DNA of 41,248 bases from an uncultured Ruminococcus sp. (GTDB lineage: Bacteria > Bacillota > Clostridia > Oscillospirales > CAG-272). The stretch spans positions 1 through 41,248 of the forward strand of contig CADBQA010000145.1 in assembly GCA_902796675.1 (NCBI GenBank), read 5' to 3'. Positions 33,621-41,248 of this stretch are shown here, piece after piece. How positions within the stretch are numbered: position 1 is the stretch's first letter; every line of letters begins with the position of its first letter. The notes below the pieces were generated by a model. That model was not told where the DNA came from, did not search any database, and saw only the letters and a program-made list of their open reading frames with translations. Made by a program: the position numbers and the translations under genes.

Positions 33621-33860
33621 ACCATCCTGAAGACTTTGTCTTCAGGATGGGGAGAGTGAAGACGCGCAGGTGGATTCGTCGCTTTGCCCCCGACAGGCGT
33701 ATACGAATACGTCGAGGGGGCAAAACGGCGAAAGGCAATGACGGCGGATGCAACGCATCCGCCTCATTTCCTTTTGGTGTACTTTTTTTTTTATGATTTA
33801 GTACGAACATGATTCAAATTTTCCTGTGTCATTGCCGTTCCGGCAAGCTCGTCTTCGCTC
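33621..33860 (-). repeat. Structured intergenic element, copy B (candidate ncRNA or MITE-like repeat)
   Basis: Read on the minus strand it is colinear with copy A (25502-25757, plus strand). The 24-nt loop matches at 23 of 24 positions (33692-33715). Its 9-bp closing stem TTTGCCCCC/GGGGGCAAA differs from the copy A stem at 4 pairs, all compensatory. It is bounded by two minus-strand terminators. Confidence 0.6.
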
Positions 33861-33888
33861 AAAAGCGGCAGGTCGTTCGACCTGCCGC
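33857..33888 (-). terminator. Rho-independent terminator of the pyrR-pyrP operon
   Basis: On the minus strand: GCGGCAGGTC-GAAC-GACCTGCCGC followed by TTTTGAG. Confidence 0.65.
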
Positions 33889-33902
33889 CATAATTCGGAA
33901 GA

Positions 33903-35312
33903 TTATTTGATGAGCTGATTCTCGTTCTCGTCGGGATCTTCGCTCGACGCTTTCTTTTTCGAAAGGATCGCGTTCGTGATGATACCGAGGATGAGAGCGA
34001 CCGCGATGTTCGTGATCTTGATCGGACCGATCTTGAGAGCCATGCCGCCGATACCCGCGATGAAGATCACAGCCGCCGTGAAGAGGTTGCGGTTCTTGTT
34101 GAAGTCGACCTTCTGTACCATCTTGAGACCGGATACCGCGATGAATCCGTAGAGAGTCATGCAGACGCCGCCCATAACGCTCGAGGGGATCGTTGCGAGG
34201 AAGGTCGTGAAGGGAGCTACGAATGCCGCGAGGATCGCGATTATAGCCGTTGCGAGGATCGTGACGACGGATGCGTTTCCGCTGATAGCGACGCAGCCTA
34301 TCGACTCACCGTATGTCGTGTTCGGGCAGCCGCCGAAGAACGCGCCTGCGATGGAGCCTACGCCGTCGCCGAGAAGAGTTCTGTGAAGACCGGGATCTTC
34401 GAGAAGGTCTTTATCGATGATGGAGGAGATGTTCTTGTGGTCTGCGAGGTGTTCCGCGAATACTACGAACGCTACGGGAACGTATGCGACCGCGAGTGTT
34501 GCTATGTATTCGCCGTTGATAGCAGCGAAGCCGCCGTCAAACGCCTTGAGGAACGTGAAGTCGGGGAGCCACTGCATATTGGAGAAGAGACCGAAGTTGA
34601 TTACCTTGAGAGCGTCGTTGTCCGTTGCGTTGCCGATGAGTGTGAATACTGTCGCTACAATGTAGCCTGCCGCGATACCGATGATGAAGGGTATCATCTT
34701 TGTCATCTTCTTGCCGTAAACGGAGCAGAGCATTACTACGCAAAGGGTTACAAGCGCGCATACGAGGGAGACCCAACCTGCGGCGTTCATTTCCCAACCG
34801 TCGCCTGCGACAGCGCCCTTAACAGCGTCGCCGACGGCGTTTCCCGCGAGGGAAAGACCGATGAGCGCGACCGTGGGGCCGATTACGACGGGAGGCATTA
34901 CCTTGTTGATCCATGCGGAACCCGCGAGCTTAACGACTATAGCGATAACAACGTATACGAGACCTGCCATGCAAGCGCCGATGAGGATACCCGCGTAGCC
35001 GCCTGCTACCGACGTTGCGCCGCCGAAGGCTGCGAGCATCGGGCCGATGAACGCGAAGGATGAGCCGAGGAATACGGGGCTGCGGAACTTCGTGAAGAGC
35101 AGATAGACGATTGTGCCGACGCCTGCTCCGAAGAGAGCCGCGGACTGGGACATACCGACTTCGCCGCCCCATTGCGCTATAAGACTTTCGTTGTTGTTGA
35201 TGATTGCGGGTACTGCGATCGTTGCCGCGAGTATCGCGAGCATCTGCTGCAGTGCGAAAACGATGACCTTGCCGAATGAAGGTCTGTCTTTTACGTTGTA
35301 GATGAGTTTCAT
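33903..35312 (-). CDS. pyrP: Uracil/xanthine permease (NCS2 family)
   Basis: About 12-14 TM helices with NCS2-like blocks (FGKVIVFALQQMLA, YGESIG). Lies immediately downstream of pyrR, as in the Bacillus pyr operon. Confidence 0.8.
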   Translation of the reverse strand: MKLIYNVKDRPSFGKVIVFALQQMLAILAATIAVPAIINNNESLIAQWGGEVGMSQSAALFGAGVGTIVYLLFTKFRSPVFLGSSFAFIGPMLAAFGGATSVAGGYAGILIGACMAGLVYVVIAIVVKLAGSAWINKVMPPVVIGPTVALIGLSLAGNAVGDAVKGAVAGDGWEMNAAGWVSLVCALVTLCVVMLCSVYGKKMTKMIPFIIGIAAGYIVATVFTLIGNATDNDALKVINFGLFSNMQWLPDFTFLKAFDGGFAAINGEYIATLAVAYVPVAFVVFAEHLADHKNISSIIDKDLLEDPGLHRTLLGDGVGSIAGAFFGGCPNTTYGESIGCVAISGNASVVTILATAIIAILAAFVAPFTTFLATIPSSVMGGVCMTLYGFIAVSGLKMVQKVDFNKNRNLFTAAVIFIAGIGGMALKIGPIKITNIAVALILGIITNAILSKKKASSEDPDENENQLIK

Positions 35313-35364
35313 TGTTTCTCCTCCGAATAAAAATTTTTCATATTAAAAGGCTCTCGCCTGATAA

Positions 35365-35910
<546 letters not shown>

Positions 35911-35916
35911 TTACAA

Positions 35917-35991
35917 CAAAAAAATCTTGTCGCACACGACAAGACATCAGAACGCAGACATAGCCTGCGGAATTATTTCGAAATCTTGTCG
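35917..35991 (-). promoter_or_regulatory. pyrR leader attenuator: terminator plus competing antiterminator
   Basis: Minus-strand RNA carries the terminator UCUUGUCG-UGUG-CGACAAGA followed by U7 (35944-35918). A second CGACAAGA copy at 35991-35984 can pair with the same UCUUGUCG. A PyrR-binding loop could not be confidently matched by eye. Confidence 0.5.
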
Positions 35992-36025
35992 GCATCACGG
36001 TACCGCTTAAAAATTTTCTGTGATT

Positions 36026-36054
36026 ATATTACCACATCCGGGGCGATTTGTAAA
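36026..36054 (-). promoter_or_regulatory. Sigma-A-type promoter for pyrR
   Basis: On the minus strand: TTTACA (36054-36049), a 17-nt spacer, then TAATAT (36031-36026). Confidence 0.55.
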
Positions 36055-36148
36055 GTGTGATATTCGACAAATTTTCGGTTAATATTCGTGCAAAAAGATG
36101 AATATATTATAAATATCTTGGATTTGAGAGGGCGGCGGGGCACAATAT

Positions 36149-37687
36149 ATGGGCAAAACGAAAATGTTTTTGATGAACGCGCTTCTTCTCTCCGGGGTCA
36201 GCGCGGCGATACGTTTCGTCTCCGTCAGCTTCAACGCTCACGTCGCGCGAAAGGTCGGCGAGGAGTGTATGGGGCTCTTTACCCTCGTCGCGAGCGTATT
36301 CTCGCTCTCGGTCATAATAGCGTCCGCCGGCGCGAACCTCGCCGTTGTGAGGTGCGTCTCGGAAGCCGTCGCGAGATGCGAAAAGGAGGGCGTCGCCCCC
36401 GGAGCAAGACTGAAAAAGATAGTCCGCTCGGCGACACTTTACAGCCTTCTCTTCGGCGTGTCGACGGGGCTTGCGGTCTTCGCCTCGTCCGGATTCATCG
36501 CACGCGAGCTTCTCGGCGACGAAAGATGCCTTCTGTCCCTTCGCGCTTTCGCCGTCAGCCTTCCCGCGATCTCGCTCTCGTCCGCGCTCTCGGGGTATTT
36601 CACCGGTGTCGGCAAGATATACAAGAACGCCGTCTGCACCGTGACCGAGGAGGCGGCGAAGATACTCGTCGTATCGGCGGGGCTCGTTTTTATCGCGCCG
36701 CGAGGGATAGAGTACGCCTGCCTTGCGATAGTCGGCGGCGGCGCCGCGGCGCAGGCGGTATCCCTCGCCGTTTCCTTCTTTTTATATATTACGGACAAAA
36801 AACGCAAGGGCGGGACGTCAGGCGGCTTCGGGGTAAAGAATATCGCCTCGCTCGCGCTCCCCGTCGCGGTCGGCAGCGCCGCGAGAAACGGGCTTATCAC
36901 CGCCGAGCACCTCGCGATACCGAGAGGGCTTAAAAGCTTCGGTCTTACGAACTCCGAGGCGCTCGCCGTCTACGGTGTTTTCTCCGGTATGGTGATGCCC
37001 GTCGTTATGTTCCCGTCCGTCGTTCTCTATTCCTTCGCGGGGCTTCTCGTGCCGGAGCTTGCCGGATGCCGCGCCGTCGGCGACAGACGGCGGATCGCCC
37101 GAATAGAAGAGAAGGTCTTCCGCTCGTCGCTCCTCTTTTCGATCTGCGTCGCGGGCATCCTGATCTCCTTCTCCGACCCGCTCTGCGCAAGGCTCTACGG
37201 CAGCGCCGAAGCCGCCCGGCAAATGAGGCTTATATCCGTTCTTATCCCCATAATGTATCTCGACTCCGCCGTCGACGGAATGTTAAAAGGCCTCGGCGAG
37301 GAGGTCTACTGCATGAGGGTGAACGTCGTCGACTCGCTCCTGTGCCTCGTCCTCGTCTTCATCCTCGTGCCGTCGTACGGGATAGACGGCTTCATTATGC
37401 TGACGATAATCAGCGAGGTCGTGAACGCCGCGCTCAGCGTTATGCGGCTTCTGAAGATCGCGCCGCTCAAGACGGACCTTTTACGGTGGATGGTTTTCCC
37501 CGTGGCGTCGATATGTGCCGCGACCTTCGGCGTAAAGCTGATATCAGACTTCGCTCCGTTACATATATATCTCAAGATCGCCCTCGCCGTCGCCGCGTAC
37601 GGCGCGCTCTGCTTCCTTTCCGGCGCCGTAAACCCTACCGACGCCTCGTGGGCGAAGAACCTTATAAAAAAGCGGCAGGAGGCGTGA
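36149..37687 (+). CDS. MOP-superfamily oligosaccharide/lipid II flippase (SpoVB/MurJ-like)
   Basis: About 14 TM helices. The N-terminus FLMNALLLSGVSAAIRFVSVSFNAHVARKVG is typical of SpoVB-type polysaccharide biosynthesis proteins. Confidence 0.7.
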   Translation: MGKTKMFLMNALLLSGVSAAIRFVSVSFNAHVARKVGEECMGLFTLVASVFSLSVIIASAGANLAVVRCVSEAVARCEKEGVAPGARLKKIVRSATLYSLLFGVSTGLAVFASSGFIARELLGDERCLLSLRAFAVSLPAISLSSALSGYFTGVGKIYKNAVCTVTEEAAKILVVSAGLVFIAPRGIEYACLAIVGGGAAAQAVSLAVSFFLYITDKKRKGGTSGGFGVKNIASLALPVAVGSAARNGLITAEHLAIPRGLKSFGLTNSEALAVYGVFSGMVMPVVMFPSVVLYSFAGLLVPELAGCRAVGDRRRIARIEEKVFRSSLLFSICVAGILISFSDPLCARLYGSAEAARQMRLISVLIPIMYLDSAVDGMLKGLGEEVYCMRVNVVDSLLCLVLVFILVPSYGIDGFIMLTIISEVVNAALSVMRLLKIAPLKTDLLRWMVFPVASICAATFGVKLISDFAPLHIYLKIALAVAAYGALCFLSGAVNPTDASWAKNLIKKRQEA

Positions 37688-37697
37688 CCTCCTGCCG
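37665..37697. terminator. Hairpin between convergent genes (spans the flippase stop codon); terminator mainly for the minus-strand prsA-like gene
   Basis: CGGCAGGAGG-CGTGA-CCTCCTGCCG (37673-37697), preceded by AAAAAA on the plus strand, which reads as a U-tract on the minus strand. Confidence 0.55.
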
Positions 37698-37710
37698 ATT
37701 GATATCATTC

Positions 37711-38868
37711 TTATTCAATATTCGCTTTCACGAAGGTCTCGTCGAACTCGACGCCGAGGGTTTCCTCGTATTCGTCGACCGCCTTCTGGGTGAGCGCGCT
37801 CTCGATCGCGGCGCTGCCGTCGTCGTTGAGCTCGCCGTCGCCGACAAAGTACATTACGTGGTAGCCGTAGGACGACTTGACGATGCCGGTGTCGCCGGGG
37901 ACCCTCGCCTCGTCGTAGAGCCAGTTTTCAAATTCTTCGGTCATCTGTCCGCGGTAGACGTTCTCATAGAGACCGCCGCTCGTGTTTTCTTCTTTGTAGC
38001 CGACGGCGTTACCGCTCTCGTCGTACTCAATGTCGCGGTCGTCGGTGTATTCGTTGGCGAGGGCGGCGAAGTGCTCTTCAGTCGGGTCGGTCAGATACTC
38101 GTCGAGGATGCGTTCGGCTTCCGCGCGGCACTCGTCGTCGGTATCGTACTCGGAGGAGCGGAAGAGGATATGCCTTACGTTCTTCGTATAGTAGTCGTCC
38201 GCGTATTTGCCGGGGTTCGCCTCGCGCTCGGCGGCGATGTCATCCTTGCTTATGGGGTAATCTTCCATAAACGCCTCGACGCCTTTTTTGTAAAGGGAGA
38301 CCTTTTCGTAGTAGGAGCGAACGACCTCTTCGGTCGTTATCCCCAGCGGGTCGCCGACGTAGTCGGAGACGGAGCCGAGGGCGCCTTCGGCGTTGGAGAC
38401 GACCTTTGAAACGCGGTCTTCGACTTCCGCCCTGTCGTCGTCGTCAAGCTCGAGACCTTTTTCCGACGCGTAGTTATAAAGCGCGGCGACCTCGCTCATA
38501 CGCGTCTTTGCGATGCCGTAGAAATAGTCGAAGTACGAGCCGTCGATATACGGGCAGTCCTGGTCCTTCAGCGGCGCGTCGATGTCGAGCCCTTCGCGCT
38601 CAAGGAGCTGGGTCTTGTATTCGTCGCCGAAATAGTATCTGTAATTCGCGGCGAGGGAGAGCGGCAGAGTTCTGAAATACATGTTGAACTCGGCGAACGT
38701 TATCTCGGCGTCGCCCGCTTTTATAACGACGACGTCTCCGTCGACTCTCGCGCCTCTGTTTTCTTTTTCGCTTTCGGTATCCGCGCCGTTTCCGTCACCG
38801 CCGGCGGAGCAGGCGGCAAGTGTGAGGAGCATTACGGCGGAGAGTATTACGGCAAGCAGCTTTTTCAT
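37711..38868 (-). CDS. Lipoprotein peptidyl-prolyl isomerase (PrsA-like parvulin foldase)
   Basis: Lipobox LTLAAC after the signal peptide. Parvulin blocks VRHILF and SSYGYHVMYF. AAGGAAG ribosome-binding site. Confidence 0.75.
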   Translation of the reverse strand: MKKLLAVILSAVMLLTLAACSAGGDGNGADTESEKENRGARVDGDVVVIKAGDAEITFAEFNMYFRTLPLSLAANYRYYFGDEYKTQLLEREGLDIDAPLKDQDCPYIDGSYFDYFYGIAKTRMSEVAALYNYASEKGLELDDDDRAEVEDRVSKVVSNAEGALGSVSDYVGDPLGITTEEVVRSYYEKVSLYKKGVEAFMEDYPISKDDIAAEREANPGKYADDYYTKNVRHILFRSSEYDTDDECRAEAERILDEYLTDPTEEHFAALANEYTDDRDIEYDESGNAVGYKEENTSGGLYENVYRGQMTEEFENWLYDEARVPGDTGIVKSSYGYHVMYFVGDGELNDDGSAAIESALTQKAVDEYEETLGVEFDETFVKANIE

Positions 38869-38894
38869 TTTTTATCTTCCTTAAAATATATTTA

Positions 38895-39446
38895 TTATTT
38901 TTTTCGTCTTCCGCCCCGTCCTATTTTCAGTCTCGGGCGGATCTTCGTAATATAGAAAGAAACCATAAGGGTAAACGCGACGTCAGAGAGGATGAAGAAG
39001 AAGTTGGCGGCGAGGTACGCCACAACGCCGAGGGTCATTCCGACGTCGACGCCGATTATGTAATTCGAAAGTAAAAACCAGCCCGTGAACGCGGCGTTGA
39101 AGAACACTATCTTAAGTATCCACGAGAAGACGGTCGGCAGTTTTTCAAAATAGGATTTCAGCATCGGGTAAACGCCGCCGAACAGTATGAACTCGAGCGC
39201 GATGTCCTTCTTCGGAATAAAGAGGAAGCAGAGCGTTCCGGCGACGAGCCATATCAGCCACGGATAATATCCCCCGATCTCGATCACGGCGACTATCACT
39301 ATCATCGAGCAGAGCACCATGCCGGAGAGGTCGAGCACCTCCGTTACGGACGCGAGGTACATCACGACGAAGCAGAGCGCCGAGATGACGCCGGAGAGGG
39401 CTATCGCCGCGGTGCGGCTGCGGTTGTTTTCAGGCGGGCGCTTCAT
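38895..39446 (-). CDS. Multi-pass membrane protein, unknown function
   Basis: 5-6 hydrophobic helices and a basic C-terminus (RGGRRKK). The ATG lies 3 nt after the upstream stop. Confidence 0.65.
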   Translation of the reverse strand: MKRPPENNRSRTAAIALSGVISALCFVVMYLASVTEVLDLSGMVLCSMIVIVAVIEIGGYYPWLIWLVAGTLCFLFIPKKDIALEFILFGGVYPMLKSYFEKLPTVFSWILKIVFFNAAFTGWFLLSNYIIGVDVGMTLGVVAYLAANFFFILSDVAFTLMVSFYITKIRPRLKIGRGGRRKK

Positions 39447-39449
39447 CTG

Positions 39450-40067
39450 TTACCTTCTGCAGAGGCAGTCGAGACACATAATGAGGCTGCACACGTCGCA
39501 CATATCGCAGTTCTGCCCGTTTGTCGGGGTGTAGTTGTTGTAGGACGTCCCGCCGTAGGAGCGGTACGCGCCCGCGCCGCGAAGACGCTGCTGGAGAGCG
39601 CGGTACTCCGCGTTGTTCGGGTCCATATAGACCGCCTGATCGACGTACTTTTGAGCGTCGAAGGTGTCGTTCCTGCCGACGCAGACGCAGCCCATCAGGA
39701 AGTTCCACTCCGCGCCGCGCTTATCGCTCGAGACGTTGTTGAGTATCGACTCCGCGCCGGAAAAATCGCGGTTGTTTATCTTCTGTCTGACGTCCGCGTA
39801 CTCGCCGGAGCCGGAGTATGACGAGCCGCCGTAGGACGAGTAGCCCGCGGAGCCGGACGAACGGTAAGACGAGCCGGAGGCGCGTTCCTTCTGTATCTGG
39901 TCGTAAGCCTCGTTTATCTCTTTCATTTTTTCCTCGGCGAGGTCGGAGAGAGGGTTGTCCGCGTAGTTGTCGGGATGATATTTCATCGCGAGCGCGCGGT
40001 AAGCCTTTTTGATCTCTTCGTCGGTCGCGTTCGGGGAAACTCCAAGCACCTGATATGGATCTCTCAT
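39450..40067 (-). CDS. J-domain protein with Ser/Gly/Tyr-rich linker and Cys-rich C-terminus
   Basis: DPYQVLGV...[14 protein letters not shown] (HPD motif). C-terminal [24 protein letters not shown] ribosome-binding site. Confidence 0.8.
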   Translation of the reverse strand: MRDPYQVLGVSPNATDEEIKKAYRALAMKYHPDNYADNPLSDLAEEKMKEINEAYDQIQKERASGSSYRSSGSAGYSSYGGSSYSGSGEYADVRQKINNRDFSGAESILNNVSSDKRGAEWNFLMGCVCVGRNDTFDAQKYVDQAVYMDPNNAEYRALQQRLRGAGAYRSYGGTSYNNYTPTNGQNCDMCDVCSLIMCLDCLCRR

Positions 40068-40092
40068 AATCTTCTTCCTTTTCGATGGAAGG

Positions 40093-41007
40093 TCACAGCG
40101 TGAACTTTACCGGATCTTCCTTCTTTCCTCTTCCGTATAATATGCGCTCCGCCTCGGCGCGTATGCCGAGGGTGAGCACGTTCATAACGACGCCCTTGTA
40201 GGTCGCGATGCCGTCGCCGTCGAGCAGCTCGAACGATGCGGCGGCGCGGTTTGCTTCGATCCCTATCGCCGTGTAAAGCTCGTCGGCGATCTCTTTTTTG
40301 AGGAGGGGACGGCCCGATGAGGCGTCCTCGAACGGTTCATCGTATATCAACGCGAGAGGATTGTATTTTTCGCTTTTTATATCTTCAATTAGGTCGTCCG
40401 CCGCGTCGAAAACGTAGACTATCTTGCCGAGGGCGCGTCCGACGTCCTCGCATATCCGCCTCACGTTCCCTTCGAGCCCGTAGGCGAAGACCTTCGACAG
40501 CGCCTCGGCGGAGGCGTCGGCCGGCGCGTCGAGCGACGCGGTCTTTGCCGCTTCGATCTTCGAGAGAGAGGCGAGGTCGCACTTGACCGCTTCCTCAAGC
40601 TCTCCGACGCGGTCCCTCACCCGACGGACCATAGCGGTGGCGACGGGGGAGAGAAGTCTTGCCTTGAAGCGATCCCCTCCGCGCTCGTCCGCGACGTCGT
40701 CGCGCACCTTTCCGGCGGTCAGCACCGCGGACGCCGCCGCACAGTACTCGAGGACGGAGTTCCGCTTCATGTGAGTCCGTCTCGTGAACGGATGGGCGAC
40801 GCAGCCGCGCCGCTCGAACTCCGCCGGAACGCGCTCTGCCGCCAGACGGAAGATCACGAGAAAGGCGAGGTCGTAGTTCAGCGTCAGCCGCGAGACTTGC
40901 CCCGTCAGGCTCCCCATCGTGCGGCAAAGACCGCAGTACGCGCCGCGGTACGCTTCGTATTCCGCGACCGTCAGCGCGGGGACGTAGGGCTTTACGTATC
41001 CGAACAC
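40093..41007 (-). CDS. DUF5685-family protein
   Basis: GTG start after AAAGGAG. The N-terminus [31 protein letters not shown] is characteristic of DUF5685 as I recall it. Confidence 0.65.
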   Translation of the reverse strand: MFGYVKPYVPALTVAEYEAYRGAYCGLCRTMGSLTGQVSRLTLNYDLAFLVIFRLAAERVPAEFERRGCVAHPFTRRTHMKRNSVLEYCAAASAVLTAGKVRDDVADERGGDRFKARLLSPVATAMVRRVRDRVGELEEAVKCDLASLSKIEAAKTASLDAPADASAEALSKVFAYGLEGNVRRICEDVGRALGKIVYVFDAADDLIEDIKSEKYNPLALIYDEPFEDASSGRPLLKKEIADELYTAIGIEANRAAASFELLDGDGIATYKGVVMNVLTLGIRAEAERILYGRGKKEDPVKFTL

Positions 41008-41115
41008 GGCAGGGCTCCTTTCGCATGGCGCAACTAATTATCATTATATATCATAATATAAAAGACCGATAAATGCAAGAGCAAAACCGCTTTTTTTATT
41101 TTTTTGAAAAAGGAC

Positions 41116-41144
41116 TTGACAAGGTTTTTGATTTATGTTATCAT
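41116..41144 (+). promoter_or_regulatory. Sigma-A-type promoter for tRNA-Gly
   Basis: TTGACA (41116-41121), a 17-nt spacer, then TATCAT (41139-41144). Confidence 0.6.
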
Positions 41145-41162
41145 TATTAGGCTAAATTATTC

Positions 41163-41236
41163 GCGAGTGTAGTTCAGTGGTAGAATTCCAGCCTTCCAAG
41201 CTGGTTATGTGGGTTCGATTCCCATCACTCGCTCCA
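41163..41236 (+). tRNA. tRNA-Gly (anticodon UCC), encoded CCA
   Basis: Cloverleaf read by eye. Acceptor stem GCGAGTG/CACTCGC, anticodon stem CCAGC/GCTGG with loop CTTCCAA, T-loop TTCGATT, discriminator T followed by CCA. Confidence 0.9.
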
Positions 41237-41248
41237 TTTTTTTGTGCC

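Noticed and set aside
36088-38409. Plus-strand ORFs 36088-36933 (281 aa) and 37066-38409 (447 aa).
   Set aside because: The first is an alternative frame of the flippase gene and is extremely Arg-rich. The second runs through the flippase 3' end and antisense to the PrsA-like gene, crossing the convergent-gene hairpin.
40595-41044. 149-aa minus-strand ORF overlapping the 5' part of the DUF5685 gene in another frame.
   Set aside because: It is Arg/Gly/Pro-rich shadow sequence. The DUF5685 frame has a good AAAGGAG-GTG start and the conserved N-terminal motif.

Overview
41.2-kb chromosomal segment from a high-G+C member of the Clostridia. Dockerin-bearing proteins, a SCIFF peptide/maturase operon, a SpoVB-like flippase and DUF5685 suggest an Oscillospiraceae/Ruminococcaceae-like, cellulosome-related organism; the taxon is inference. 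I call 34 protein-coding genes (one is a 42-codon micro-ORF missing from the supplied track), one tRNA-Gly(UCC), and several sigma-A-type promoters and intrinsic terminators. The many long Arg/Pro-rich antisense ORFs are rejected as GC-driven shadow ORFs. The right ~27 kb is mostly housekeeping: tsaD, rimI, dCMP deaminase, pyrR-pyrP, DnaD/DnaC-like loaders, an XPD/DinG-like helicase and a PrsA-like foldase. The outstanding region is the left 13.9 kb, a single same-strand 10-gene operon truncated at its 5' end by the window. It encodes four secreted paralogs with SipW-cognate (TasA/camelysin-class) signal regions, two ER/archaeal-type (SipW-like) signal peptidases and two membrane-anchored orphans. 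Embedded in the middle is a membrane-anchored McrB-family AAA+ GTPase with no DNA-binding domain. Its partner resembles the McrC N-terminal domain, has no recognisable nuclease, and ends in a ~240-aa Glu/Arg/Lys helix. I know of no described system with this composition. My proposal is an NTPase-assisted TasA-like fibre or surface-assembly apparatus; the alternative is a McrBC-derived defence module inserted into a fibre operon. The second most interesting item is a ~250-nt structured intergenic element present twice (near 25.5 kb and 33.7 kb, in opposite orientations), with near-identical core sequences and compensatory changes in its stems. All calls come from reading the sequence and translations by eye; no searches were run.
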